This document shows, in pieces, positions 55,931 through 64,000 of a DNA stretch of 64,000 nt (the first letter of the stretch is position 1; the number at the start of each line of letters is the position of its first letter). The stretch is from a virus (lineage: Duplodnaviria > Caudoviricetes). Below the pieces are notes generated by a model. The model searched no databases, was not told where the DNA came from, and saw only the letters and a list, made by a program, of their open reading frames with translations. The position numbers and the translations under genes are program-made. The stretch covers positions 1-64,000 of IMG/VR virus record IMGVR_UViG_3300014205_000204; one strand, given 5' to 3'.

Positions 55931-57997
55931 TTAATTACGGTTGACTCTCGACTTTCCACCGGCCTTCTCGACGGTGAGGACGTCGTCGAACAGAGTCTTG
56001 ACCGCGGCGACGTGCGATATGCACATGACCTGCGGGAACCGCTTGCCTAGCCCGACGAGTATCTCGCTGAACCGCTCCACGCTCTCGTCGTCCAGGCCGA
56101 TGAAGGTCTCGTCGAAGATGCGGAAGCGGCACTTCTGCATGGAGGCGAGGGCTTCCGTGATGGCCACGGACACCTTCATCCTCTCGCCGCCGCTGTACCC
56201 GTCGTAGTCGATCTCCCGGCCTTCCGCGTTCGTCACCGTGATGAACAGCCCTTCTACCGATTTCTTGCCGTCGGCCGATGGCTTCTGCGTGGAGAGCGAC
56301 ACCCGCATCCCCGAGAGCGATGACAGGATCTCGTTCGCCCGCGCCTCCAGCCTCGGGATGAGGCGGTCGACGACCATGGCCTTTACGCCGTTGGTGCCCA
56401 AGGCATCCTTGACCAGCGTGACGTCATCAAGAGTCGAGGACAGGGATTCCGCTGAAGCTCTTGCGACTTTCAGCGCCTCTTTGCTCGCCTCGACCTCCTT
56501 CCTGACCTTCTCGATCTCACGGGTGACAGCCTCAGCCTCGCTGAGCTCCCTGTCGGCATTGCGCAGGGAAAGCGAGAGGTCGTCCTCCCTTGACTTCTGG
56601 TCCCTGTACGCTGCCTCAAGCGCCGGGACGGCCGAGACGTAGCCTGAGGTCTCTCTACCAAGGATGTCCAGCTCGCTTGAAATGGATTCCCTTTCGGCGT
56701 TCAGCCTTTCGGCCGCGGACTTCTCTTCCTCCAGGGCGGAGAGCATGGCTTTCGCCGTCACCCCCTGGACCATGAGGTTTTTTTCCTCGGCGCTGAGGGC
56801 GATTGAGTCAGCTTCGCCCTTCATCCTAGCGATCTCCGCGGAAACCCTGGCGTTCTCTGACTTCAGGGCATCGAGGTCGGCGCGGGCCCTCGCGACTGCC
56901 TCGTCAACCTCCGCCTTCCGGGAGTCGCGCGCCTTGGCCGCTATCGGGCACTCCTTGCCGATCACGGGGCATTCCTCGGCGTTCTCGACGGCGATGCCGG
57001 CTGACTTCACTGACAGCCTGACTATCTCGTCCTCGAGCCCCTTCGTGCCCCTTACGGCAGGGGCTAGGAGCCTTACCGTCTCGTAGAGCTCGCTGGCGCG
57101 CCTGTCGCGCTCCACGAGCCTCTCAGACTCCTTCTGGCGTTCCTTGAACGCTTTGATGTCATTGTCTATGTCATCGACGCTCCTGACGCTCCTGAGGGCC
57201 TGGAGGCGGTCGTTGAGGGCGTTCAGCCGGTCCTTCTTGGATTGAATGACGGCATCGGCCGACTTTGCCCCCGAAAGGGACGAGGCTGCCTCTTCGGATG
57301 CCCTCTTCGCGTCGGCGAGTTCGGCAGTGACTGACGATACCCTGGACTTCAGCTGGTTGATGTCGGCAGTGAAGATGGACTCAAGCGCCTCCAGTTGCGG
57401 AGTCTTGTCCATCCTCTCGAGCACCGCGACTTCCGACTTCCTCTCGGACAGCAAGATCGACATTTCCGAACCCTTCAGCTTGGCCTTCTCCAGCCATCCG
57501 TCGATGACCTCGCCGCCGGCCATCTCGAGGAGCAGCTCCTTGCGCCTTGCGGCCGTGGCCTTCACGAACGAGTCAGGAGTTTCCTGCGGGGAGACGACGG
57601 AGTTCACGAAGAGCCCGTACGAGCACCCTGTGATCTCCCTCTCGATGAACGCCTGCCTCTCCTTGGTCCCCTCGAGGGGTGGAAGAGTCCGCATGGGCGA
57701 GTCCAGCGTGATGGCGATAGACTGCGTTCCCTTTGACGAGCACGACCTGAAGATCGTCCACCTGTCGTCGCCGTCGTCGAGGGTGAGCGTGACGGACATG
57801 CCGTCCTTTCCCTTCATGACGAGCCCGCGCGTGTCCGTGCGGCCCACGCCGTAGAGGGCGAAGGCGATCGAGTCAGCCACTGATGTTTTCCCTGACCCGC
57901 TGGCCCCGTCGATGAGCAGCCTGAGCTCGCCGTCGAAGTCGATCTCGGTAGCCTCATGGGACAGGAAGTTATTCAGCTTTAGTTTCTTCAGCAGCAT
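55931..57997 (-). CDS. sbcC: SbcC/Rad50-like ATPase
   Basis: KLNNFLSH, GASGSGKT, coiled coils with a CPVIGKECP hook variant, YSGGE, IFDE and ISH. Confidence 0.9.
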   Translation of the reverse strand: MLLKKLKLNNFLSHEATEIDFDGELRLLIDGASGSGKTSVADSIAFALYGVGRTDTRGLVMKGKDGMSVTLTLDDGDDRWTIFRSCSSKGTQSIAITLDSPMRTLPPLEGTKERQAFIEREITGCSYGLFVNSVVSPQETPDSFVKATAARRKELLLEMAGGEVIDGWLEKAKLKGSEMSILLSERKSEVAVLERMDKTPQLEALESIFTADINQLKSRVSSVTAELADAKRASEEAASSLSGAKSADAVIQSKKDRLNALNDRLQALRSVRSVDDIDNDIKAFKERQKESERLVERDRRASELYETVRLLAPAVRGTKGLEDEIVRLSVKSAGIAVENAEECPVIGKECPIAAKARDSRKAEVDEAVARARADLDALKSENARVSAEIARMKGEADSIALSAEEKNLMVQGVTAKAMLSALEEEKSAAERLNAERESISSELDILGRETSGYVSAVPALEAAYRDQKSREDDLSLSLRNADRELSEAEAVTREIEKVRKEVEASKEALKVARASAESLSSTLDDVTLVKDALGTNGVKAMVVDRLIPRLEARANEILSSLSGMRVSLSTQKPSADGKKSVEGLFITVTNAEGREIDYDGYSGGERMKVSVAITEALASMQKCRFRIFDETFIGLDDESVERFSEILVGLGKRFPQVMCISHVAAVKTLFDDVLTVEKAGGKSRVNRN

Positions 57998-58304
57998 TTT
58001 CTTGCATGATTACCTTGGCATCCTCCGTCTGGCTCCTGATGCCGTTCACGACGACCTCGGCCATCGACGGGGAGATCTTGCGCCTGCCGATCTCGCTTAC
58101 GTACAGGTCCTTGATCTGCTGAGGAGCCTTCGACTCATCGAGTGCCGCAATGACGTCCTGCATGGCCTTGTCGGACTGCTCGTCAGTGAAGGTCTCGACG
58201 ACCGACGGGCCGCTGATGATGCAGCCGATTATGACGTTGGCCTTCTTACCGCAGTGCGGGCACAGTGCCTCGCCGTTTACCGTGACGTTAGTCTGTTCGT
58301 CCAT
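57969..58304 (-). CDS. Hypothetical protein with CxxC
   Basis: 111 aa containing CPHCGK. It overlaps both neighbours. Confidence 0.6.
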   Translation of the reverse strand: MDEQTNVTVNGEALCPHCGKKANVIIGCIISGPSVVETFTDEQSDKAMQDVIAALDESKAPQQIKDLYVSEIGRRKISPSMAEVVVNGIRSQTEDAKVIMQENAAEETKAE

Positions 58305-58839
58305 ATGAGTTGTAGGAATGGCGGGCGATTAGTATCGCGTCGCTTATGCCGTGGTTCCGGCCGATTTTAATCGTTGGGTAAAGCCTCACTGCCTCAATGA
58401 GCGATTCCTTCTTGGTGTCCTCGACCTTACCGCCGAAGATCTCCCTCTGCCACTTTGGCGGGTCATGGTGGTTCACTTCAGTGCAGGTCAGCTCCAGGAA
58501 GCACCTCATCGTCCCGTATGACTGCCCGAAGGTGAACATCGACCTGACTCCCTGGCCGGGCATGGCATGGGCGACCTCGATGGCGCCTATGACCGTCCCC
58601 CTAAGGAGCGGTAGGACCAGCGACGCTAGGGACGTGACGTCTATCTCCCGCCTCGTCTTGCCCTTGCCCTGAAGCTTCCTGATCGGCATCTTGCCGTACC
58701 CGAGCAGCTTTCCCCTCCCGTCGATCACCGCCCAGCCCCCTGACAGGCCGTTATCGATCCCAACGTGACGGTCAGGACTTGTCGATCTCGTTCCATCCGT
58801 TGATGATCCTTTCCTTGTCGACGCCTTTTTTCTCGGCAT
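58288..58839 (-). CDS. RuvC-like Holliday junction resolvase
   Basis: VGIDNGLSGG, AIE, FTFGQSYG and ISDAILIA motifs. The start is uncertain (68-nt overlap with sbcD). Confidence 0.85.
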   Translation of the reverse strand: MPRKKASTRKGSSTDGTRSTSPDRHVGIDNGLSGGWAVIDGRGKLLGYGKMPIRKLQGKGKTRREIDVTSLASLVLPLLRGTVIGAIEVAHAMPGQGVRSMFTFGQSYGTMRCFLELTCTEVNHHDPPKWQREIFGGKVEDTKKESLIEAVRLYPTIKIGRNHGISDAILIARHSYNSYGRTD

Positions 58840-59812
58840 ATTCGGTCAGGAGTTCGGTTGGGTTAATGGATATCGGGCCGTCGTCCGCAGATTCCGTTCG
58901 CTCCCGAGAGGCGGCAGACACGCACGACACCTCGACGTTCGCGGGAAGCGCGGCGATCTCGGCGTCAGTCGGGGGAACGGTAACCACGATGCGGTAGAAG
59001 TCCGCGTCGCCTATTCCTTCCATTGCCTCCTTGACCGTCTCTGCCTTGACGCGCCTCATGGCACGCCCTGGGAGCGTCACCTCGCTGACCGCCGTACCGT
59101 CGACGACGAACACTTTTTTCGGGGTGTCGTCACCGGCCTCCTCAGACATGATTGACCCGGCGACGATCACGTTCCCGTACGTCCCAGGCCTATGGATATG
59201 CCCGTGGAAGGACAGCTTGGACTTTTCCGACACGATCTCCCTTGGCAGGACGGGCTCGCCCTTCAGCATATCGGTGGTGCCGTTGGCCATCGCCGTCCCG
59301 GAGACGGAATGGTGGGTGAACAGCATGTCGCACCCTTCCGCGACTCCCGTGACGATCTCGTCGGCTAGCGCCCTGGTGTCCTGGCCTGATCCGCACCTCA
59401 TGTACGGCACGAAGTGGAGCGTCCTGCCTCCCGCCACTGACGTTTCCGGCTTCCCGGACACCACGTGCCACTTCTTTCCGGACAGCGCGCGTATGTAGTC
59501 GAGGGCGCCTGAACCGTCGGCGTACGTGTCGTGGTTCCCGCCGAGGATGACTATCTCAGGGTAGCTGCCGAGGCTCTCGAGGAACGCGGTGGCCGAGAAC
59601 AGAGCGGATGACGGGTTGGACCGGTGGTCGAACATGTCACCGAGGATGACCACAAGGTCACATGCCCTCGCGGCTTCGGCGACAGACAGCTCGATGCCTG
59701 CCCGCTCGGTGACGCGCCTGTCAGAAAACGACGCGGCATGGCCGTATGTCTCCTTGAAGTGCATGTCGCCTATCACGCAGGTCGTGAACCCCTCTTTGAG
59801 ATTAAGTTCCAT
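58772..59812 (-). CDS. sbcD: SbcD/Mre11-like metallophosphoesterase nuclease
   Basis: GDMH, GDMFD, GNHD, FTHH and GHIH motifs. Confidence 0.9.
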   Translation of the reverse strand: MELNLKEGFTTCVIGDMHFKETYGHAASFSDRRVTERAGIELSVAEAARACDLVVILGDMFDHRSNPSSALFSATAFLESLGSYPEIVILGGNHDTYADGSGALDYIRALSGKKWHVVSGKPETSVAGGRTLHFVPYMRCGSGQDTRALADEIVTGVAEGCDMLFTHHSVSGTAMANGTTDMLKGEPVLPREIVSEKSKLSFHGHIHRPGTYGNVIVAGSIMSEEAGDDTPKKVFVVDGTAVSEVTLPGRAMRRVKAETVKEAMEGIGDADFYRIVVTVPPTDAEIAALPANVEVSCVSAASRERTESADDGPISINPTELLTEYAEKKGVDKERIINGWNEIDKS

Positions 59813-59834
59813 TATCGTTGATTGTTAGCAAATC

Positions 59835-59875
59835 AAGAGGGGCCTGCCAGTTAAAGAGCAGACCCCTCTTTTTTT
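59835..59875. terminator. Terminator-like hairpin
   Basis: AAGAGGGG-CCTGC...GCAG-A-CCCCTCTT-T5 just downstream of the 59879 stop. Confidence 0.55.
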
Positions 59876-59878
59876 CTC

Positions 59879-60682
59879 CTAGGAGTTCAGCTTGTCGAAG
59901 ATGGCCTTGTAGTTCTCCGGGACGAGCTCGAGCCCGGTAAACGAGGCAATGAACGCCTTGGCCTTGTCCTCTTCCTTGATGCCGTACTTGCTGTTGGCGA
60001 GCGCGAGGGCTGCCATCAGCAAGTCGTCAGCGTCGCCGGAGAAAGCCTCCTCTACGGACACGGCGTCAGGCGCGGCGTCCTCCTTGGCTTCCTCGGAATA
60101 CGGCTTGCCGTTCTTGGTCACGACCTTGAAATGGCGCTTCCCGTCGATGAAGTCACCCGGGATCTCCTGCTTCTCGAAGAGGGTTGAGCCTAGGTTCCCG
60201 TTGCCCTTGCCGATCACGTCAGGCGAGCCGATGAGCTTCACGGAGTGGACGTCGAAGCCCTTCTTCGACTTGACCTTGCCCTCATAGAAGAAGCCGGCGT
60301 AGTCTCCGACGCTGAGGTCCTTCATGGCCTGTTCGGCACAGATGCGACTGGACTGGAGGGAGAACAAGCCAATGTGCTTGGTCTCGCTGGCCGTCTCGCC
60401 GGTCTGGTGGTTGCCGTCGATGACGCCCTTGCGCTCGGTGATCTTGACGTCCTCGATGGTGATCGAGAAGGTCTTGGAACCGAAATCCTTAGTGTCGGTG
60501 TTGTAGAACTGAACGCTGGTTACTTCCTTGACCGTGCCGGAGACGAGGGTGCCTACGCCGTAGTCGCGGTTGCCCTTGATGACGATGTCGTTCTGGTTCT
60601 TGCTGGCGCCGAGACGGATGTTGGTCGGGATCTCGACGTTTGACGGAGTGGCTGCCACTCCGGTGCTGAGTAGGTCTTCCAT
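59879..60682 (-). CDS. Putative ssDNA-binding (OB-fold) protein
   Basis: GDYAGFFYEGKVKSKKGFDVHSVKL pattern, strongly biased codons, its own strong promoter, and location in the recombination module. Confidence 0.45.
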   Translation of the reverse strand: MEDLLSTGVAATPSNVEIPTNIRLGASKNQNDIVIKGNRDYGVGTLVSGTVKEVTSVQFYNTDTKDFGSKTFSITIEDVKITERKGVIDGNHQTGETASETKHIGLFSLQSSRICAEQAMKDLSVGDYAGFFYEGKVKSKKGFDVHSVKLIGSPDVIGKGNGNLGSTLFEKQEIPGDFIDGKRHFKVVTKNGKPYSEEAKEDAAPDAVSVEEAFSGDADDLLMAALALANSKYGIKEEDKAKAFIASFTGLELVPENYKAIFDKLNS

Positions 60683-60744
60683 ATGGGAAGTGTGTCTTAG
60701 TGTGTATTATGTCGCTTCGTGCCGCTGTCTGCGGAACGAAGTTC

Positions 60745-60773
60745 ATTCTAGCAATTCTTTTTTGACCTGTCAA
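60745..60773 (-). promoter_or_regulatory. Strong sigma70 promoter TTGACA-17-(TGC)TAGAAT
   Basis: -35 at 60773-60768 and -10 at 60750-60745 with extended TG. Confidence 0.8.
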
Positions 60774-61248
60774 GCGGATTGCTCACGGGGACTTTCGACA
60801 TGTCGTAGGAGCGGTAGTTCACGCCACCCTTCCTAATGAGATTTAGCTTGGTTGAGCCACATTTCGAGCAGAATGCGTCAAGCTTGTGTGACCAGCAGGC
60901 GACTGCCTTCTTGCACCCGCGGCAGTAGTACATGTCCGGGTCAGGCAGCCCCTTGCTGCGGAAATGGTTACGGATGGAGGAGGCGTTGGCCATGATCTTC
61001 GCCTTGAAGTTGGTATGGTATTTTTCCCTGGCATAGTCCACCCTCTCCCTCTTCTTCTCGGGGATCAGCGACGCGTAAGCCTTTCTCTTCCTCTCATTGA
61101 CGGCCTCCCTGTTGGTCGGGTCGCTTCGCCATTTCCTGTTGCGCTCGTTCTCCTTTTCACGGTTGTTGACCCTCCACCTTCTTCGTGACTCTTTTTTTCT
61201 TGCCTTCTCCTCGTCGTCCATGCTGCTGGTGGTTCTTGGCCTCTTCAA
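60748..61248 (-). CDS. Basic protein with C-terminal zinc ribbon
   Basis: R/K/E-rich helical N-terminus and CRGC...CSKC. The start may be the downstream MDDEE. Confidence 0.6.
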   Translation of the reverse strand: MKRPRTTSSMDDEEKARKKESRRRWRVNNREKENERNRKWRSDPTNREAVNERKRKAYASLIPEKKRERVDYAREKYHTNFKAKIMANASSIRNHFRSKGLPDPDMYYCRGCKKAVACWSHKLDAFCSKCGSTKLNLIRKGGVNYRSYDMSKVPVSNPLDRSKKNC

Positions 61249-63058
61249 GGGCCATCTTTATTATCTCCTTCTCGCTCATGCCGAATACCGCGTCGTTGAT
61301 TCCCTCCTTGACGTCATGAATTTTCCTGTGGAACATGTCGATCCACGTGCCCTTGGCCGTCAGCTGGTAGACGGTCACGGGCTTGTCCTGTCCGATGCGG
61401 TGGGCGCGCGAGTACGCCTGCTTGTGGACGTCCGGCAGCCAGTCGTAGTCGCAGAACACCACGGCGGAGGCGGCGTTGAGGGTAAGGCCCTCTCCCGCGC
61501 TCCTCATGCCTCCCACGAACACGCGGCACTCAGGGTCCTCGTTGAAGCGCCTCATCAGCTCCTTCCTCTCCTCGTTGGGAACCTCGCCGTTCACGGTGAC
61601 GCAACGGTCGCCGTAGTATTCCGACATCTGGCCCATGGCCTCGCGGAAGCACGAGAAGACGATGACCTTCTCCGACCCGATCATGTCGTCGATGAGGTCA
61701 ATGGCCAGCTCCGCCTTGGCCGCCGAGCAGGCCATCCTCATTGCCGTCAGCTGCGCGAGCTGGCCCCCGCCGTCGTCCGACAGGTACTCCCTCTCGGCTT
61801 CCCTGTACGCCTTGCCCGTGTCGTCCGGCAGGTCGACGTCGACCGTGACGAAGGTTATCGGCGGGAGTTCCTTGCACACTTCATTCTTCATGCGTCGGAC
61901 GTAGAACGGCTCGATTAACTTGGCCAGCTCGTCCTGGTTCCTGACTCCCTTGAACTCGGTGCCGAACCTGTTCTTGACGGCGTTCGTGTACCTGTTGAGG
62001 AACCCCCAACGGCTCGGGAAGACCTTGGGAGCCACGGCGCTGACCAGCGGGTAGAAGTCCTCCATCCGATTGGGGATCGGCGTGCCGGTCAGCCCGATCA
62101 CCTTTTTCGAGACGTCTATCAGCCCCTTGCACGCGTTGCCCATCCTTGACCCACCGACCAGCTTGGGCGGGTTCATGACCCTCTCCCTTGCCTTACGGAT
62201 GGCTGCCGTCATCGCCGCCGTGGGGGTCCTGCCGATCGACCTCATGGCCTTGTCGCGCGACAGCAGCATGTTGAGCTTGTCCCTGTCCTTCTGGAGGGCG
62301 GCCATGGACGGCGGGTGTCCAGTCGACTTTACCCTATGGAACTCATCGCCCACGAAGCACTCGAACCCCCTCCTCTTGAACTCCTCCTCGAAGGCGTAGA
62401 CGATGTCGTAGTTGACGATGAATATGTCGTGACTGTCCCACGTGTCGTCGTCGATCGTACCCTTCGTGCCGGACAGCACGGTCGCCTTGAGCGTCGTGTG
62501 CTTGGCGACCTCGGCCATCCAGACGTGCTTGATGACGGCCGGGCAGACGACGACCGTCTTTCCGGCCACCTGGTCGGCGACATAGGCGAGCGTCTGGAGG
62601 GTTTTCCCGAGCCCGGGCTGGTCGCAGTTCAGCAGCCTCCCGCCGTTCCTCCTGCACTTGTCGACCGCGAGGGACTGGTAGGGACGCAGCTGGGTCTTGA
62701 CGTTTTTGTAGTTCTGCGGAGGATCCTCCACTAACGCCTCCTCCGCAGGGTACTCCCATCCCTTGGGTACCTCTAGCTTGCCCCTGATCCCCCCCGCGAA
62801 CCCCTCGGCGTGCTGCCTGGTATCGGCGTCGCGCAGCTCGCGCATGTCCGCGGCAGTCGCGGGATCGAGGGACGGGTGAAGGTAGGACAAGATGTCGAAC
62901 ATCGCGTGCCGGTCAAGGACTATGAGCCTGCCGTTCGCGTTGACGACGACGCCATTGTCGTAAAGGCCGGCCACCTTGTTGATCATCGTCACCCCCCGGA
63001 AGTCAGTCGCCTTTACCTCGTAACCGAACGGCATCTTGAACGCGTTGCTAGAAGCCAT
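61157..63058 (-). CDS. SNF2-family (HARP/SMARCAL1-like) helicase
   Basis: LRPYQ, DQPGLGKT, DEFH, LTGTP, GEGLTL and QAYSRAHRIGQ motifs. Confidence 0.92.
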   Translation of the reverse strand: MASSNAFKMPFGYEVKATDFRGVTMINKVAGLYDNGVVVNANGRLIVLDRHAMFDILSYLHPSLDPATAADMRELRDADTRQHAEGFAGGIRGKLEVPKGWEYPAEEALVEDPPQNYKNVKTQLRPYQSLAVDKCRRNGGRLLNCDQPGLGKTLQTLAYVADQVAGKTVVVCPAVIKHVWMAEVAKHTTLKATVLSGTKGTIDDDTWDSHDIFIVNYDIVYAFEEEFKRRGFECFVGDEFHRVKSTGHPPSMAALQKDRDKLNMLLSRDKAMRSIGRTPTAAMTAAIRKARERVMNPPKLVGGSRMGNACKGLIDVSKKVIGLTGTPIPNRMEDFYPLVSAVAPKVFPSRWGFLNRYTNAVKNRFGTEFKGVRNQDELAKLIEPFYVRRMKNEVCKELPPITFVTVDVDLPDDTGKAYREAEREYLSDDGGGQLAQLTAMRMACSAAKAELAIDLIDDMIGSEKVIVFSCFREAMGQMSEYYGDRCVTVNGEVPNEERKELMRRFNEDPECRVFVGGMRSAGEGLTLNAASAVVFCDYDWLPDVHKQAYSRAHRIGQDKPVTVYQLTAKGTWIDMFHRKIHDVKEGINDAVFGMSEKEIIKMALEEAKNHQQHGRRGEGKKKRVTKKVEGQQP

Positions 63059-63368
63059 AGACCCGATTGTGCAGCTTGATCCACCCCTCGGCCCTCCTCA
63101 TGAGGTCATACGCGTATTCTTTCCTGCCGTCGGCTTCAGCCGTACTCGATGCCTTCAGGAGCATGCTGATGTCCTCAAGCATGACACTGCGCGGAATGCG
63201 CACTATCATGTTCCTCAGCCGGTAACTCTCGAAGTACATCCTCTTGTGCTCCATTATCTGGTACGCCATCCTGACCTGCTGGATCGTGAACCACGACATC
63301 TCAAACGACGGGTCGTCGACGGAGGCCATGGCTACCAGGTCGTTTGCCAGGTTTCTCTTAGAGATCAC
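63048..63368 (-). CDS. Hypothetical protein
   Basis: 106 aa with an overlap-coupled start. Confidence 0.65.
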   Translation of the reverse strand: MISKRNLANDLVAMASVDDPSFEMSWFTIQQVRMAYQIMEHKRMYFESYRLRNMIVRIPRSVMLEDISMLLKASSTAEADGRKEYAYDLMRRAEGWIKLHNRVYGF

Positions 63369-64000
63369 AGGCCAACCACCTCATTAACCAGTGTTTTCTT
63401 GACGGCTTCCCTGACGGAAGAGTATTCGCCGCTGCTGCCGTAGGCGTCAAGGTCCTCGATAAGCGAGATCATCGATCGGATGACCCTAATCTTGCCGTCA
63501 GCTGACGGCTTCTCGCTTGTTGAGCCAATTCCAAATGCTTCACTGCCGATCGCGGGCGGGGAGACGGGAGTTCCAGCCTCGACTCCGCATTCAGCGGCCT
63601 CTTCCGGTGCATCGTCCGTGGACTCTTCGATTTCCCTGACTATCGTCCCCATGGCGACAGCGAGCAGGTAGTCCATCTTCTCATCGCCTGGATAGCAGAA
63701 AATACGGTCAAACTCCTCTAACCCGTCCTTCTTCAGGCCAGCCTCGACAATCTCATTAGTCTCGGACGTGACGGGGATTACGGCGCCTTTTTCGATCGCG
63801 TAAGCCATGGCCGCCGACGTGAACTTGAAAATCCTGCCTGAAACGCCGATGTTCATCGCCAAGAGCTTGGCCGAGAACGGAAGCATCTGTGCCGTCAAAT
63901 CGAACCTCCTCATCATGGCGTAGATGACGTTTGACGAGTACAGGAAGATCGACGTGTTGTCGAACCTGTCGACGCCGCACGCCAAGTCGAACTTAGTCTC
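63365..64000 (-). CDS. Hypothetical protein, 5'-truncated by the window edge
   Basis: The frame stays open from 63985 to position 64000. Confidence 0.65.
   Translation of the reverse strand, partial: ETKFDLACGVDRFDNTSIFLYSSNVIYAMMRRFDLTAQMLPFSAKLLAMNIGVSGRIFKFTSAAMAYAIEKGAVIPVTSETNEIVEAGLKKDGLEEFDRIFCYPGDEKMDYLLAVAMGTIVREIEESTDDAPEEAAECGVEAGTPVSPPAIGSEAFGIGSTSEKPSADGKIRVIRSMISLIEDLDAYGSSGEYSSVREAVKKTLVNEVVGL

Noticed and set aside
58772-58839. Programmed frameshift fusing SbcD to RuvC
   Set aside because: An in-frame ATG at 58839 explains the overlap, and no clear slippery site or stimulatory structure was seen.
1-64000. Alternative genetic code (stop-codon recoding)
   Set aside because: Long genes end in TAA (groEL), TAG (capsid) and TGA (terL), and coding density is high under code 11.

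Overview
This window is most of a high-GC, podovirus-like tailed-phage genome. The plus strand at 4.4-47.4 kb holds a GroEL chaperonin, terminase, portal, scaffold, major capsid, short-tail and fiber proteins, a papain-family protease, a holin-like protein and several very large internal (ejection-type) virion proteins. The minus strand at 47.5-64 kb holds a replication/recombination module: RecA, primase-helicase, SbcC/SbcD, RuvC-like resolvase, SSB-like protein and SNF2 helicase. A small plus-strand island of basic proteins interrupts this module. There are two cis-inteins: one in the helicase P-loop and, unusually, one in a putative virion protein. A-rich starts without Shine-Dalgarno motifs, a DUF5659-like gene and an FN3 module suggest a Patescibacteria/CPR-like host (inference). 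The most striking region is 1.85-4.42 kb, which is largely non-coding but densely base-paired. It contains a ~480-nt minus-strand RNA with a tRNA-like (GOLLD-like) core and a ~450-530-nt minus-strand ornate RNA with a long terminal helix, each behind its own sigma70-type promoter and separated by a beta-helix gene. A divergent ~315-nt structured leader with a CIRCE-like half-site precedes groEL. No DNA polymerase, integrase, CRISPR array or canonical tRNA was recognised. All family assignments come from motif recognition by eye, not from database searches.
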